Below, piece after piece: positions 26,268-39,501 of a stretch of 64,000 nucleotides of DNA. This DNA comes from Octopus bimaculoides (Eukaryota). The notes beneath the pieces were generated by a model that did no database searches, was not told where the DNA came from, and saw only the letters and a list, made by a program, of their open reading frames with translations. The position numbers were made by a program, and so were the translations under genes. Each line of letters opens with the position of its first letter. Within the stretch, counting starts at the first letter, position 1. The stretch is taken from NCBI RefSeq assembly GCF_001194135.2, contig NC_068981.1, positions 148,121,130-148,185,129 on the forward strand, read 5' to 3'.

Positions 26268-26894
26268 TATATGTATGTATATATATACACGTATGTAAAT
26301 ACATATATATATGTATATATATATATATATATACATGTATATATATATACATATATGTATATATATTCTGGTGATGAGTGGAGTTATTGCTGTTGGCATT
26401 GTTATTGTTCCCCTCTTCCTCCTTCCCACCCCCTTCAAAAATTTGCTATAATTTACCAACACAAATGGACAGTGAGGTCAGAGAGAAGCTGTCTTAAACT
26501 AAATGCGTTTACTAAGCGTGTTAAAACTAATGTTAAGCCTTCATTCATTTACATGTGCACCTCATTATGTTTCATCATGTGAGAATGGGTATCTAACTTT
26601 ATATACTTGAATAAACACACACACTAACACACAGTATAATAACACCTCACACTACAAGTACTATCACTGAAACAGGCATGCACCAACTACACACACACAC
26701 AAATGCATATTTATATTACATATATGTATGCATACTACATAGCTTTACATACACGCATTAATTAAATCACATGCACACAGACAAACAATTGATTAGTATC
26801 TTTCTTAATTTCTATTTATTTCAATGTCTTACTTTTCAATTTCATTTACCAGACATGATTATACACATCTATTAATGTATGTATACACACACAC

Positions 26895-27365
26895 CTGTTT
26901 GTTTGGTCTACATCCATATATATACACACATCTGTATATTTGGTTTACATCTGTGTGTGTACATTCACACATTTTTTAAACTTTATTTTTTCATCTGTAG
27001 ATGTCTTTATACATAAACATCTATTTGGTTTACATCTGTACATTGTGTACACACATCTGTTTATTTGGTTTACATCTGGAAATGTGTACACACATGTTTA
27101 TTGATTTACATCTAGAGATTGTACACTCATATGTGTTTATTTGGTTTACATCTGTACATTGTGTACACACATCTGTTTATTTGGTTTACATCTGTACATT
27201 GTGTACACAATTTTTTTATATGTATTTGGTTTACATCTGTACATTGTATACACACATCTGTTTATTTGGTTTACATATGTATATATGTGTACACAATTTT
27301 TTTTCTATATTTGTGTGTACATATCTGTTTATTTAATTCACATCTGTACACTGTGTATGTATACA
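26895..27365. repeat. About 40-bp minisatellite downstream of the par-6 stop
   Basis: Unit TTTATTTGGTTTACATCTGTACATTGTGTACACACATCTG, roughly 8-10 degenerate copies. Confidence 0.85.
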
Positions 27366-30300
27366 CACCACTGTTTATCATGTTTCCATGTATTCATGTT
27401 TATTTTACATTCATTGTATGTACATACATGCACACACATTCGTCTAACATTTGTGTATGCGTGTGTGTGTTTTCTGTGTATGTGTGTATGATTTGCTGAG
27501 ATTTATTCTCGTAAAAGAGTGCACATCTATTTATTTAGCTTATCTGTGTATGTATGCGTGTGTAAACAGTTGTGCTATGTTTCCATCTGTAAATGTGTGT
27601 CCATCTGTTTGCCTGATTTTCACATCTGTTCATGTGTGTATGTGTATATATATATATTTATATATATATATATATATACATTTTTACCTAATTCACCACC
27701 ATATTTTCTCTTCTTTCTTTGTGTGTGTATTCATGATTTTATTTGCATTCATGCATATATGTGACTTTTACTGTATGTAAAGTGCACATAATTTCACATA
27801 CCCCCACACAATCAAACACACAATATTATATGTAAGTGCATGTATAATTGTTCAGGCTATTAACCTCATTTCTAGAGATGAGAATATTTTTCTTTAACAT
27901 CTATATCGATACTATGTTTCAACTAGTTTGTCAGTTATCATCAGATATCTAACTTTGATGTATGGAAAGTGCCAAACTGGATTTGAACCAACAGTCTTTT
28001 ATTTCTAATCTGTGTTAATAGTATAGTGAATAAGAGTATTACTACCCTTAATTTAAAAATAAATGTACCTTATAAAAATCTTCTGCTATGTATGTATCCA
28101 TATGTAAGATAACTGATGATGACCAGAGATAAACAAAATCAAAACTTAGTGTAGATGTAAATACTGAATGTTCTTGTTTTTATCTCTGAAGATGAGATTG
28201 TTAGTCTGAAAAACTATAATCTTTTTAACAACTCCTCATCTCAGGCATTTAAATGTATGTGTGTGTATATATATATGTCTGCATATATGTGTGTGTGTGA
28301 GAAATTGTTTAGTTTCTACCCTTAGAGTGCCATAAACTTTACCTGTGTGTGTACGAGTGTCTTTATGCTACCTATATATCATATTTGTGTTGATACCCAT
28401 TTTTATGACAGTAAAATGTCAACTCCATCAGTAGAATCTACTGTTTTACTCTTGCCTCAGTTGTGTTTCAAGTAACATCTATGTATATGTCCCTACTGTA
28501 CTCTCTCTCACTCTTGCTCATTGTGTATGCAGCTGTCTGTCTATCTACCTACCTATCTATCTACCCATCTTGACTTTAATATATATATATATATATATCT
28601 ATATATATATATATATATATATGCATATATATATATATATATATATGTGTATATATATTCACCCACACATACACTGACATGCCTGTGTGTCTATATGTGA
28701 TTGTTCCTTTCTTTATCAGTCGTGTGTGTAGTTTGTCTGGTGTTCTGTCTATTTATTATATGTTGTAATAACTCCACTATCAACTTGGTTTAAAACATAT
28801 CAACTTAAAATGCTATATTTATACCCCCCAAACACTCCTGTTTATAAATAGCTCTATCAGTCTTTATATANNNNNNNNNNATATATATAATCTTTCATCA
28901 GGGTTGAGGTGATTCCCTATTTAATTATCCATTTTCCTTTTGGCCTTTTTAAATGATAAATTTTTGTATATCATTTTTGCTTTTTACTACATTCATTTTT
29001 CTGTCATATTTTATTTTCCTTTTGTTTACCAAAGAGAAATGTTTCATAACATCAATTTTCTTGTTCAATATTCCTGTTATGTGTATCTAACCAGCATGTC
29101 TGTATGTTTAGATTTGTGTAGCAAGAAACTGTAGGGTTTAGGAAGAGGGGACACACACATACTTGTGCGTATACCCACTCAGATTCTTTTCTGTGTGTGC
29201 GTATATGCATGGAATACATGTAGTTATAGATGAATGAGGGGATATGTATGTATACACACTGAGTGTTATGCCCTTATATTGTAGTTAGGGACTATTCTGT
29301 ATTTGGGTTATCAGATTGGAAGACATGTTATCACACATTATTACATACCACATAGAAATAGAGCTCATTAGCTTTTTTTTCTCTTTCAAAAAGCATTAAC
29401 TTTCCCAGTTAGACTTATTCCACTTGTGTTGATAAAGGCATAAATCACTACAACACTTTATCAATATCCAAAAGGTTTTCTTTGGCACATTTACATGTAT
29501 AATTACTACTGTGTTATACATGTGACCATGGCTGTACATAATATGTATGTTTTTATGTCAGATAAAAATAGTGTGATATAATAAATAAGATTCTCTGCTA
29601 GTTAAATGTAACCAAGAAATGCAACAAATGGCTGCACAAAATATAAAATTTATATATTTTTTATTGTGAAGACTGTAAAGAGAATTAAATTATTTTTTCA
29701 AATGATCCCACTTCATCATATTTTTATAATTCCACTACTGCCTCCCTAAGCAGTTAATTTTTGTGCACTATTTGATATTTTAAAGTAATAGTAAAACAAA
29801 GGAAGGCATATCTGTTAAATCTCTGATGCTCTTGTGCATTTTGGGAGAAAAATCATACTTTTTGATAAACTGTGTTGATATGTTTATGTATTTGTTTTTG
29901 TTTTTCAAGATTCTTGATGTGACAACGTGTTGAGACAGATGACCATCCCTAAGTATAACAATAAGAATCTTGAAATATTGGCTAAATGCAAAATTGTTTT
30001 TCTACAGATAAGATGCCAAAACTTTAGATTCTGTTATTGTGTGTGTGTCTGTACATGAGAGAGAGTCTAGTTGGACAGCATTCTAAAATCATAGCATTTT
30101 GAATATACCTGATATGGATTTCGTCCCCTCTTTATTTGAATATTTCAAACTTTGGTGCAGCTGGAAAATAAAGTATTTAAAGATGAAAATTTTGATATAA
30201 CTTAATTTGAATTTTATTATTTTTTTTTTATTTATTACAATTTTTGTTTTCTCTTTAAAAAAAATTTTAACATTTTTGTTTCTGCATTAGAAATTTAAAG

Positions 30301-32387
30301 AAAACTTTTTTGGCCTTTTGGGATTTGGTTCATATGATGAAATATTTACATTGAATAAAATGATAAAGAAAGGAATTATAAAAAATTTTTTAATAAGTTT
30401 TTTTTTTATTTGTTTGTTTAAATATAAATATTTTGTTTTTCAAATAAAATTATAATATAAAACTTTCTAAACCAAAATATTTAGTTCATTTCTATTTTCT
30501 ATGCTAGATAAACCATTTAAGTTCTCTGCCCTTCAGCAAACAATTTTCAGTCTGTTTTGGTTTCCGTGAAAGGACAACTGGGCTTATATTTTATCTCTTG
30601 CCACCAAACATTATTTAAGGCTAATATTGTCCTTGGAAAAATTATGAACATCACACAACCTGATTTGCATTCCTTTTATTAATATAGATCTTAATGCCCA
30701 TACCAGAAACTAACAAGTAATTATTATTATTATACTTGATATTTCAAATGCAAGACATTGAAAAAAAATTTAATTTTTAAGAATATTAGATAAATGAACT
30801 ATTTTTCTATTCACTAAAGTTTAGTATCTCAGAATTATGCAAATTATTATTATTATTTTTTTCTTTTATAACTCTTAGACATTAGAATAACAGCAATGTT
30901 TTGCAGTTTATGAATACAGAACACAGATTTTTTTTTCCCTTCCCAACAAGCAAAAATATCCTTTGCTGACTGAACTGAATTTCTATATTGAGCTTGATAT
31001 ATCTTACATGGTAACAATTGCAGAGATTTTTTTATATATATATATTTTTGACTAAGTGATGCCACAGTAAATACTAACTGCATTTAAACTAGCTAAACTA
31101 AAATATTGGTTACTAAACAGTTTCAGATTTCATTATAATTTTCTTGTTTTTCCATGTCAAAATAGAGGACACAAAATGTAGCCAAAACCAGAAGTCTTTC
31201 ACTGATACTTCTCAGAATAATAAAATATCAGATTTTATATTGAAAATTTGTAAACAAACTATTCAAAATCAAAGATCCTCACAGTTCCAAAACGTGATGT
31301 TCACTTGAGTCTAGTTTATATTTGATAATTACTAAAGGACACTGTTATGATGAGTCTTGGCCAAACCTTACTTTACAATTGATTTTTCACTTATTTTCTT
31401 ATCTTAGTAACATAAAAATCCAGTCTTGTTAAATTACATATGCTAAATAATTGTTGGAGGTTGCAGCTTACCTCAGCTTGTCTAGAAATAATATCTATTA
31501 ATAGCAATTATAAAAAAAAAGAAATGAATGAAGAGAAAATCTGATGGAGAAAGGGGAAAAAAAACTATATTTTTATAATAAATTTAAGGAAGTCCATTCC
31601 TATTATATGGAAAATATCTAAATATCCTTGAAAAAAAATCTTATGCAAGGTAGCACAAATGCCGACAAAACAAGTCACTAATCATTTTATAATCCTTTGC
31701 TGATAGTATACCTCTGAACTAACTAAACTAATTTAATCTATTTCTTCATAGCCATTCCATATATTATTACATCTTTGTAAAAAGAAACAAAAAGAAAAGA
31801 AAAACGCATGCTTGGATTTTATTTTTCTATGATCTGGTTTTTGTTCTAATCTTTGTCAACTAATCATCATAGCTATGTTTGTCCATATATTTAGTGATCA
31901 TGTCATTTCATCTAAAACTTTGCCATACATTGGTATTTTGAGGTTTAACTCTCTTTGCAGGTGCTGAATATGACAAACCACTTGAAGATCGCAATAAAAG
32001 TAAAAGAAAATATCAACCTCTCAGGAGATATAGTCTGGCATACTGGTTAGGGTTTTGATGTCTACTGCCTGTGTGGAAGTTGGTTGAATATTGTGGCAGC
32101 ATAGTATTTCTTGATGTGGGGCAACATTTGCTGTATAAACTGAAACATTCTTCAAGATTATAGAGCCACATTTCTCTATGTAGGACTTTTAATTTCCTTG
32201 CTAATGAATTAAATATTATAGTTTCAAACTGATGTGTTGTTGTTTTTTAAATAAAAATATTCTCTACAGAAATGGGCTATTGTGGTTGTTGTAAATGCTA
32301 AACATCAGAATCACTGATTTTTATGCGTCTCTCTTTGCACATCTTCATCATGGTAAAGAATTCCCTTCTTCATGACCTGAAAAAATT

Positions 32388-32537
32388 CTTCAACATTCAG
32401 ATCACTCTGTCACATGTAATTAATCATACATTATCTCTTAGAATGACATTGTAGGATAGGTGTGAGGGGTCAGATCTAATTGGTTTGACCATAAAACAGG
32501 TAGAATATTTGAGCCAGGTTAAATGCTAAGGTGTTAA
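32388..32537. mobile_element. Deleted copy of a second TTAA/CCC-ended MITE
   Basis: Ends in aaatgctaaggtgttaa. A partial copy at about 38300-38422, inferred to be the same family, ends in agctaaagggtta. Confidence 0.45.
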
Positions 32538-33203
32538 ACTTTAACAACTACTAACCTTATGCAAAGTGTGACCTACATAGTGTATTGGTCCCACATCTGA
32601 AACAGTGTTACTGGTACACATAAACATCCTGGACTTTATCAAAAGAAAAAAATAGAGATGGTAGTACCTGACTAATTGGTATGAAAATATTCACCAACAC
32701 ACTTTAACTTTCTGGTCCACAAACATGATGTCTCCTCTCTCTCTCTTTTCTACTGTTACTTACAGTGCAGCTAGCTGATATTGTGCCTCTTCCACTCAAG
32801 TACTTCCAAATCACTCATCATGTATTCTGTGTTTCCACCTCCAAGCCCCATGCTAAATGCTATACTGAGTTCTCTGGAAATTCACTTCTGTGTATGTCTT
32901 TCCAGCAATCAACTTGCATTCTGTTCAGTCTTGTTAGTTTTTAAGGGTCTGTAAAAGCAATGGGCTCTTTCTTTCATATCAATATAAGACCACTGCCTTT
33001 TTTTCTTTATATCACTTAAGGAACCTGTGATGTCGATATAAATATGTCTGATGAATTTCTAATTTTCAAGTCTGTTGTAATGTTTTTGGTAAATGAATGT
33101 TACCATCAAAATATGTTTTAGATCTTTTATCTTAACATATTAAAAAACTTCCAACCATTCTCTTGACATTGCAAACGCCTCATCAACCATTTTNNNNNNN
33201 NNN

Positions 33204-33557
33204 ATACTTGTTTCAATAATTTGGATGGAGCACTGCCTTTGGTTGAACAAATCGACCCCAGGACTTATTCTTTGTAAGCCTAGTACTTATTCTATTGGTC
33301 TCTTTTGCCAAACTGCTACATTACGGGGACATAAACACACCAGCATCAGTTGTCAAGCGATGGTGGCGGGGGACAAATACATACATACACACATATATAC
33401 TATGGGCTTTCAGTTTCCATCTACCAAATCCACTCACAAGACTTTGATTGGCCTGAGGCTATAGTGGAAGACACTTGCCCAAGATGCCACGCAGTAGGAC
33501 TAAACCCATAACCATGTGGTTGGGAAGTAAGCTTCTTACCACACAGCCAAGCCTGCA

Positions 33558-33560
<3 letters not shown>
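33204..33560 (-). mobile_element. SINE family A copy
   Basis: Same head, body and tail motifs. Confidence 0.8.
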
Positions 33561-33590
<30 letters not shown>

Positions 33591-34023
33591 CATTGGCATT
33601 GCTTTATTTCATTTTACAATTTCACTAATATTAAGCTCATTGTTATTGCCTCTTGTTTTCATTTTTTTTTTGTTATTCTTATTAATATGTTTGCTGTGCT
33701 TTTTGTATATTTTTGATTGATAAACACTTAACGAATTCTGTGTAAGCAAGCATATACAGAACATTTAAGGCATTTTTACATCTGAGTTTATTTAATGCTT
33801 AATGAAATTCTTGGTTTGTTTGATGTATGACTCTAATAATCCTGCTGGCCTTCTATGTTTCTAGTTTTTCACTTGCTTTGTGGTTTGTAGAGTGACTCAT
33901 TGCAATAGGAAGCTATTTCAGGTCAAGTTTGAAGCTGACTAATTTTGAACTCTCTTTTTAACCTTCTCTTACATCACACACTGCAAATGGGAGAAGATAT
34001 CACAAAGAATGTTAGCCATTTCT

Positions 34024-34058
<35 letters not shown>

Positions 34059-34524
34059 ATTTTCAGCTTTTTATTTAAATTACTTTGGTAAATAAATGTT
34101 GTTTCAAGGTGGTAGGTTTTAAATGTACTGTTGACCTCACCTAAACAAGATATTAGATACTCTTAAAAAGTACTTCTAGTCAATTATCATGGACATTTAA
34201 TTTTGGTTCGTTAATAAACAAAAAAACAAACCCAAATGACTACAAAGTCATTTTGTTAAAACATTCAAGGAAGCACAAGTAAAAAGGGGAGCTTACAGTG
34301 ATATATGGAGGGGTCTTCAAAAATATGCTTCTGTAATTGAAAAACCAATATGGTTTTATTAAATAGATAAAAGCTGATTTAATGTTTAGAATACTAAAAA
34401 GCCACATTACTATGCTGCAGAACAGAAGAATAATAGAAGACCAATATAGTTTATAAGTATGGAAGACAACACCAACCATGTTCTGTTCTTGGAACTTTTC
34501 AGTGTAATTCTTATTTGTTGGGTT

Positions 34525-34975
34525 TTTTTTTCTTTTACTTGTTTCAGTCATTGGACTGCAGCTATGCTTGGACATTACTTGAAGGGTTTTAGCTGAACAG
34601 ATCAACTTCAGTATTTATTTATTTTTTTTTCTTTTAGTTTGGTACTTATTCTATTGGTTTCTTTTATTAAACTAAAAAGTTATGGAACATAAACAAACCA
34701 ACACCGGTTGTCAAGTGGTGGTGGGGCTACAGACATAAGCACAAAGATGTGCACGCATACACACATATATATTCCCTCTCTCACTCTCTGGGAGAGAGGC
34801 ACAAGCACATACACAGACATATACACACACGGCAGTAACTTCCGCCTACCAAATTCAATCACAAAGCTTCGGTCAGCTCGGGGCTATAGCAGAAGACACT
34901 TGCCCAAGTTGCCACGCCGTGGGACTGAACCCGAAACCATGTAGCTGGGAAGCAAGCTTCCTAACCACACAACCA
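34525..34975 (-). mobile_element. SINE family A (composite/young subfamily)
   Basis: Same motifs; abuts the hammerhead-bearing element. Confidence 0.8.
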
Positions 34976-35022
34976 TATATATGGTAAATGAAGGACGGAA
35001 GATGGAACATGAGAATTTTTAT

Positions 35023-35138
35023 TATTAATCACAATGATTGTTTCGACATGTCTAGCATTGATCCCTTATAAGTGGGACACTTAACAACTGGTTCAGAAGC
35101 ATCCAGAGGTGCAGATGTGTCTCATCAGGTGATAAATA
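35023..35138 (-). ncRNA. Type I hammerhead ribozyme motif with 69-nt loop II and CpG-decayed stem III
   Basis: Minus strand reads UAUUUAUCAC CUGAUGA GACA-(69 nt)-UGUC GAAAC AAUC AUU GUGAUUAAUA. Stem I pairs 9/10 and the core is intact, with one C.A mismatch in stem III. Confidence 0.7.
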
Positions 35139-35649
35139 GATACTTGTTAAAATAACATTTCCACATGACAGGCTTAGCAGGCTTCTTAGCTATACAATGT
35201 TGAACTAACAGTAATTAATCATTAAGTAAGAAAAGTATATGACCAAGTATTACTAGTAACATTGACAAAATAAAAGATAGCTCAGGAGGGGTTGTAGAGA
35301 TGTACTGAGTAGAAGAGATAAAATGAAAGAGAGCCTTAGCCAAATTCCTCACATTCAAGAAGCATGTGTTCATTTAATGTGTGTGTGTGTTTTGTTTTGT
35401 TTGTTTTTTTGCCATGTCGGTTGAACAGGGAGTTGAGTTGTGTGAGGCAGTATTTTAGATAGATGCTCTTCCAGTCACTAACCCTTACCCATTTTTCAAG
35501 TAAGAAATTTTTTATGCCAGAGGTCATTGAAAGTGTGAAATGACCAGTCACAGTGTCAACAGGGAACTTAAACATCTTCACCATATTGCTGTCTACTTAA
35601 TGTTCCATTCGCTTCTATGCCACAGTGGCATGGGGGTAAATGGTACAGT

Positions 35650-35744
35650 AGACAAAGCCATAACAACAGAGAAAGCCTGGAAAGATTGGAAGGAAAGTGA
35701 GACCAGAAAATATTGGGTAACTAGAAGAGAAGCTAGACATCAAG
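35650..35744 (+). mobile_element. RTE-clade LINE ORF fragment
   Basis: EKAWKDWKESETRKYWVTRREARHQVY resembles the RTE inter-domain region (recognised from memory). Confidence 0.5.
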
Positions 35745-36534
35745 TATACACCATGAACTTGGCATGACGTTGGTTTCTCTTTGATGGGTACCGTGTCTTC
35801 TGACACCTGATCAAAAGTGCACCAAGCTGATCAGATCATGGGAAATCTAACATTGTTTGAGGTAGAATCCAGTAGGTTTCCTTGGGCATTCCTAACTCAG
35901 GCTGAGCATTGGTTTCACCATTTTCAGCCTGAGACAATCCATGTAGTAGAAACACCCCTTATCACATGCTCCAAAAAAGCCATGGTCACTTCATCTACAA
36001 GGAAGGTGATGGCCTCAGTTTTTGGGGATACAAAAGGTGTTGTGTTTATGACTATCTCCAAAAGGGCTACACTATCAATAGAGAGTACTATGCCAACTTG
36101 CTGAGGCAGTTATGAAAGGCTATCGACCAAACACCCAAGAAAACTGATGAAAGGGGTTTTGTTTCATCAGGACAATGCTCCAGCACACAAGTCCTTGGTT
36201 TCAATGACTGCTGTGCAGGATTGTGGCTTTGAACTGGTTGGTCACCTTCCCTATTCTCCTGATTTGGCACCATCCAACAATCATCTGTTTCCCCGACATA
36301 AAAAAACACTTAGTTGGGGATGAGTATTGCAGTGATGATGATGTCATACCTGCTGTTGATGACTTTTTTGACCAATAGGATGAAAGCTTCTTCACCAATG
36401 GGATCCAAACCCTGAAACACCTGACATGAGAAGTATGTGGACTGGAAGGAGGACTATGTTGAAAGCTAAACTCTGTTTGGTCACATTCCATGAGAGTATC
36501 TTGGTCGGCCTTTGAACTTTTCAGCTGAACCTCA
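35745..36534 (+). pseudogene. Decayed, 5'-truncated mariner (DD34D) transposase with right TIR
   Basis: Motifs WVPCLLTPDQK, TQAEHWFHH, KVMASVFGD, FHQDNAPAHKS and YSPDLAPSN, with 34 residues between the second D and the third position. The first and third catalytic positions appear mutated (A, N), and there are frameshifts and stops. Ends in gaacttttcagctgaacctca. Confidence 0.9.
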
Positions 36535-36569
36535 TGGCCACTGACTGACAAAACAGTATTACTAACTGT

Positions 36570-37030
36570 AAGAGAGATGCTCTAGGAAGACGCAACCACA
36601 GAGGCACCAAACTGTTGGACCAAGTTATGAAAGTAACAGAGTTATATAACTCAACTGATAAGAAAGACAATTATGTTAGACAAGACACAGTTCAGGTTGG
36701 AGTATCAAGGATACTTTCTTTCTAATGAGATGGCTACAGAAGTACTCAGTTATGAAAAAGTTACTATACCTAGCATTTGTTAATCTGAAGATGGTTTTGA
36801 CAGGGTACCTCATGAGGTAGTCAAGTGATTGCTTAGAAAACTAGATGTAGCTGAATGGTTTTTGAAAGTTGTACAAGCTGTGTACAGAGATGCTGTCAAA
36901 AAGGTGAGATTTGGCCATGAGTTCCGCGTGGAAGTTAGCAAGCAGGTAAGTGTCCATCAAGGCTCAGTTCGCAGCTCACTTCTGTTTCTTACAGTTCTCT
37001 TGGTCATAACAGAATTTTAAGGCTGGCTGT
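36570..37030 (+). mobile_element. RTE-clade LINE reverse transcriptase fragment
   Basis: RDALGRRNHRGTKLLDQVMKVT and LRKLDVAEWFLKVVQAVYRDA...VHQGSVRSSLLF are degenerate RT motifs. Confidence 0.85.
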
Positions 37031-37857
37031 CGGTCATTTCTGATTTAAGGTACATGACCAGCCATTTTGAAGGAAGGGGAAGTAGTTGATACCATCAACA
37101 CCAGTACTTGACTGGGATGAAAAGGTAAAGTTGACTTCAGCAAGATCAAATGTGAAGAACTGCAACAAATACTGTAATGCATTATTTTCAACATTCTAAC
37201 AATTCTGCAAGCTATATATATATATATATATATATATATTGCCATCTGTGTATCATGCTAAATGTATACATATTGCTAGAAGACATGATGCTGTGGAATT
37301 GTCTGAAATAAGTGTCTTTACAGACTTGTTGTGCTTTGATATATTGGAAATAGGGAATAAAACATTTATTGGTATTGTGAAAGCTTGACAAACTGTAGAA
37401 AAACTTGATATATGCAACTGAAACAGTATTAGAATAAAATTGCCATCTGTGTATCATACTAGAAGACATAGAGCTTGATAACATATGACAATATCTGTAT
37501 ATTTTGCTGCCTGTTTCCCTAATTCTCTTTCTGTGATTGATATTCTGCAGACTTGTAGCAGGAATATTTGACAGTCCCAAAACAACTAGGAATGGAAACT
37601 AGATTACTGAGTTTCAACAATCAGGATTTGTGATTGATGATGTGAGCACATGACTAACCAGTCAGATCTCTGGTAGAAATGACTATCAACATGAATGCTA
37701 GGCAGCACTAAGGAATTGATTGGATTTTTGTTAAAGCCATTGTTTACAATAAGCAAATAAAACATGTAGACAAGGGAAATTAGTTGTATCTTGCCCAAAT
37801 ATCCTACCTGTTTTATGTTCAACAAACCAGATCTGGTCTCTCATACTTATCCAACAA

Positions 37858-38300
37858 TCATCATCATTTAACATCTGTTTTCCATGGTGGAACAGGCTGG
37901 ATGGTTTGATAAGAGCTGTTCAAGCTCCATGTCTGTTTTGGCATGGTTTCTACGGCTAGATGCCTTTCCTAATGCCAACCACTTTACAGAGTGTACTGGG
38001 TGCTTTTACACAGCACCAGCAAGGATGCTTTTATGAGGCACCAGCATGGGTGCTTTTTACATGGCACTAGCACCCACAAGCTCACAAGGTTAGGATTGCT
38101 CAGCTGAAGGGGGATGCAAGGGACATGCCTGTATGCAAGGACAATCACGATTTATTTAGCTTGGTGTGTCTTCTCAAGTGCAGCAAACCACCAGAAACCA
38201 GCAAACCACCGCAGTCCCTTGTCATACCCTCTGTGAGGCCCAATGTCTGAAGATCCTTTCTTGCCACTTGGTCTCACATCTTTCTGGGTCCACCCCTTTC
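37858..38300 (-). mobile_element. RTE 3' end and tail, minus strand
   Basis: catcatcatttaacatctgttttccatg tail plus a reverse-complement RTE C-terminal segment at about 38210-38295. Confidence 0.7.
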
Positions 38301-39051
38301 ACATGTTCATAAAAATAAACAATAACATCATCAATGTTATGAGATAGTGCATAATTAATTCAAAACAATGTGAATAAATAAGCATTACATTTCTCAGAGG
38401 AATTAGAAAGCTAAAGGGTTAGATGATGATGATGATTTCAATATGCCTTTTTGACATTTGCTAAATCCTGACATTTGTAATTAAAATTAATAATTTATCA
38501 CTAGATACAGTCTGGCAGACTCTCAATAATCAGGATTTGAAGAAGTGTAATGAAACACTGAAAATATTAATTATAAAGAGAAATAAATCAGTGACTATCT
38601 GTTTCATGTTAATGTCATTTTACCATACTGAGATGGTTTGGCTGGCTCTGTTCCAGGGCAATATCTCTCGTTGATTCATTCATCATTTGAAATACACAAC
38701 ACAATAAATAATTACTATGCATTTTTAACAGATATCTATATGAGTCTGCAACATGTGAATGGTGGTAACTTCACAAAAAAAAAACAGTAAAATAAAATGA
38801 TTGATACAAGAATCAATCATTCTATTTCACTTTACTTTGTACTTTTGATTTCCAGATATAGTCAACAACAGCTTGGACTGAGATAAGATAAGCACTGCTT
38901 AACCCTATTACATGTGAGTCATCAATATTCATAAATATGAATGTGTGTGTGTGCGTGTGCGTGCATGTGTATTGTTATTTCAATATATTCAAAGATTAGG
39001 AATACATACAGTCGATGTAAAAATTAAATCATATTTTATGTACATGTGTAC

Positions 39052-39105
<54 letters not shown>

Positions 39106-39443
39106 ATATACATGTATATATATATCGTCATTGTCATTGTCATCTAACATTTGTCTTACATGCATGCATGGGTAGGACAGTTAACAGGAGCTGGCCAGGT
39201 AGAAGACTACTCCAGGCTACTGTGCCTGTTTTGGCTGGGATTTTATGGCTGGATGCCCTTCCTAACACCAACCACTCTGCAGAGTGGACTTAGTGCTTTT
39301 TACGTGGCACTAGCAGGTGAAGTCATTTTTGGCATGATTTTTACAGCTGGATGCCCTTTCAAATGCCAACCACATTACAGTGTGGGCTGGATGCTTTTTT
39401 ACATGGTACCAGCACTGACAGGGTCACCAAGTAACTTGCAAAA

Positions 39444-39501
<58 letters not shown>

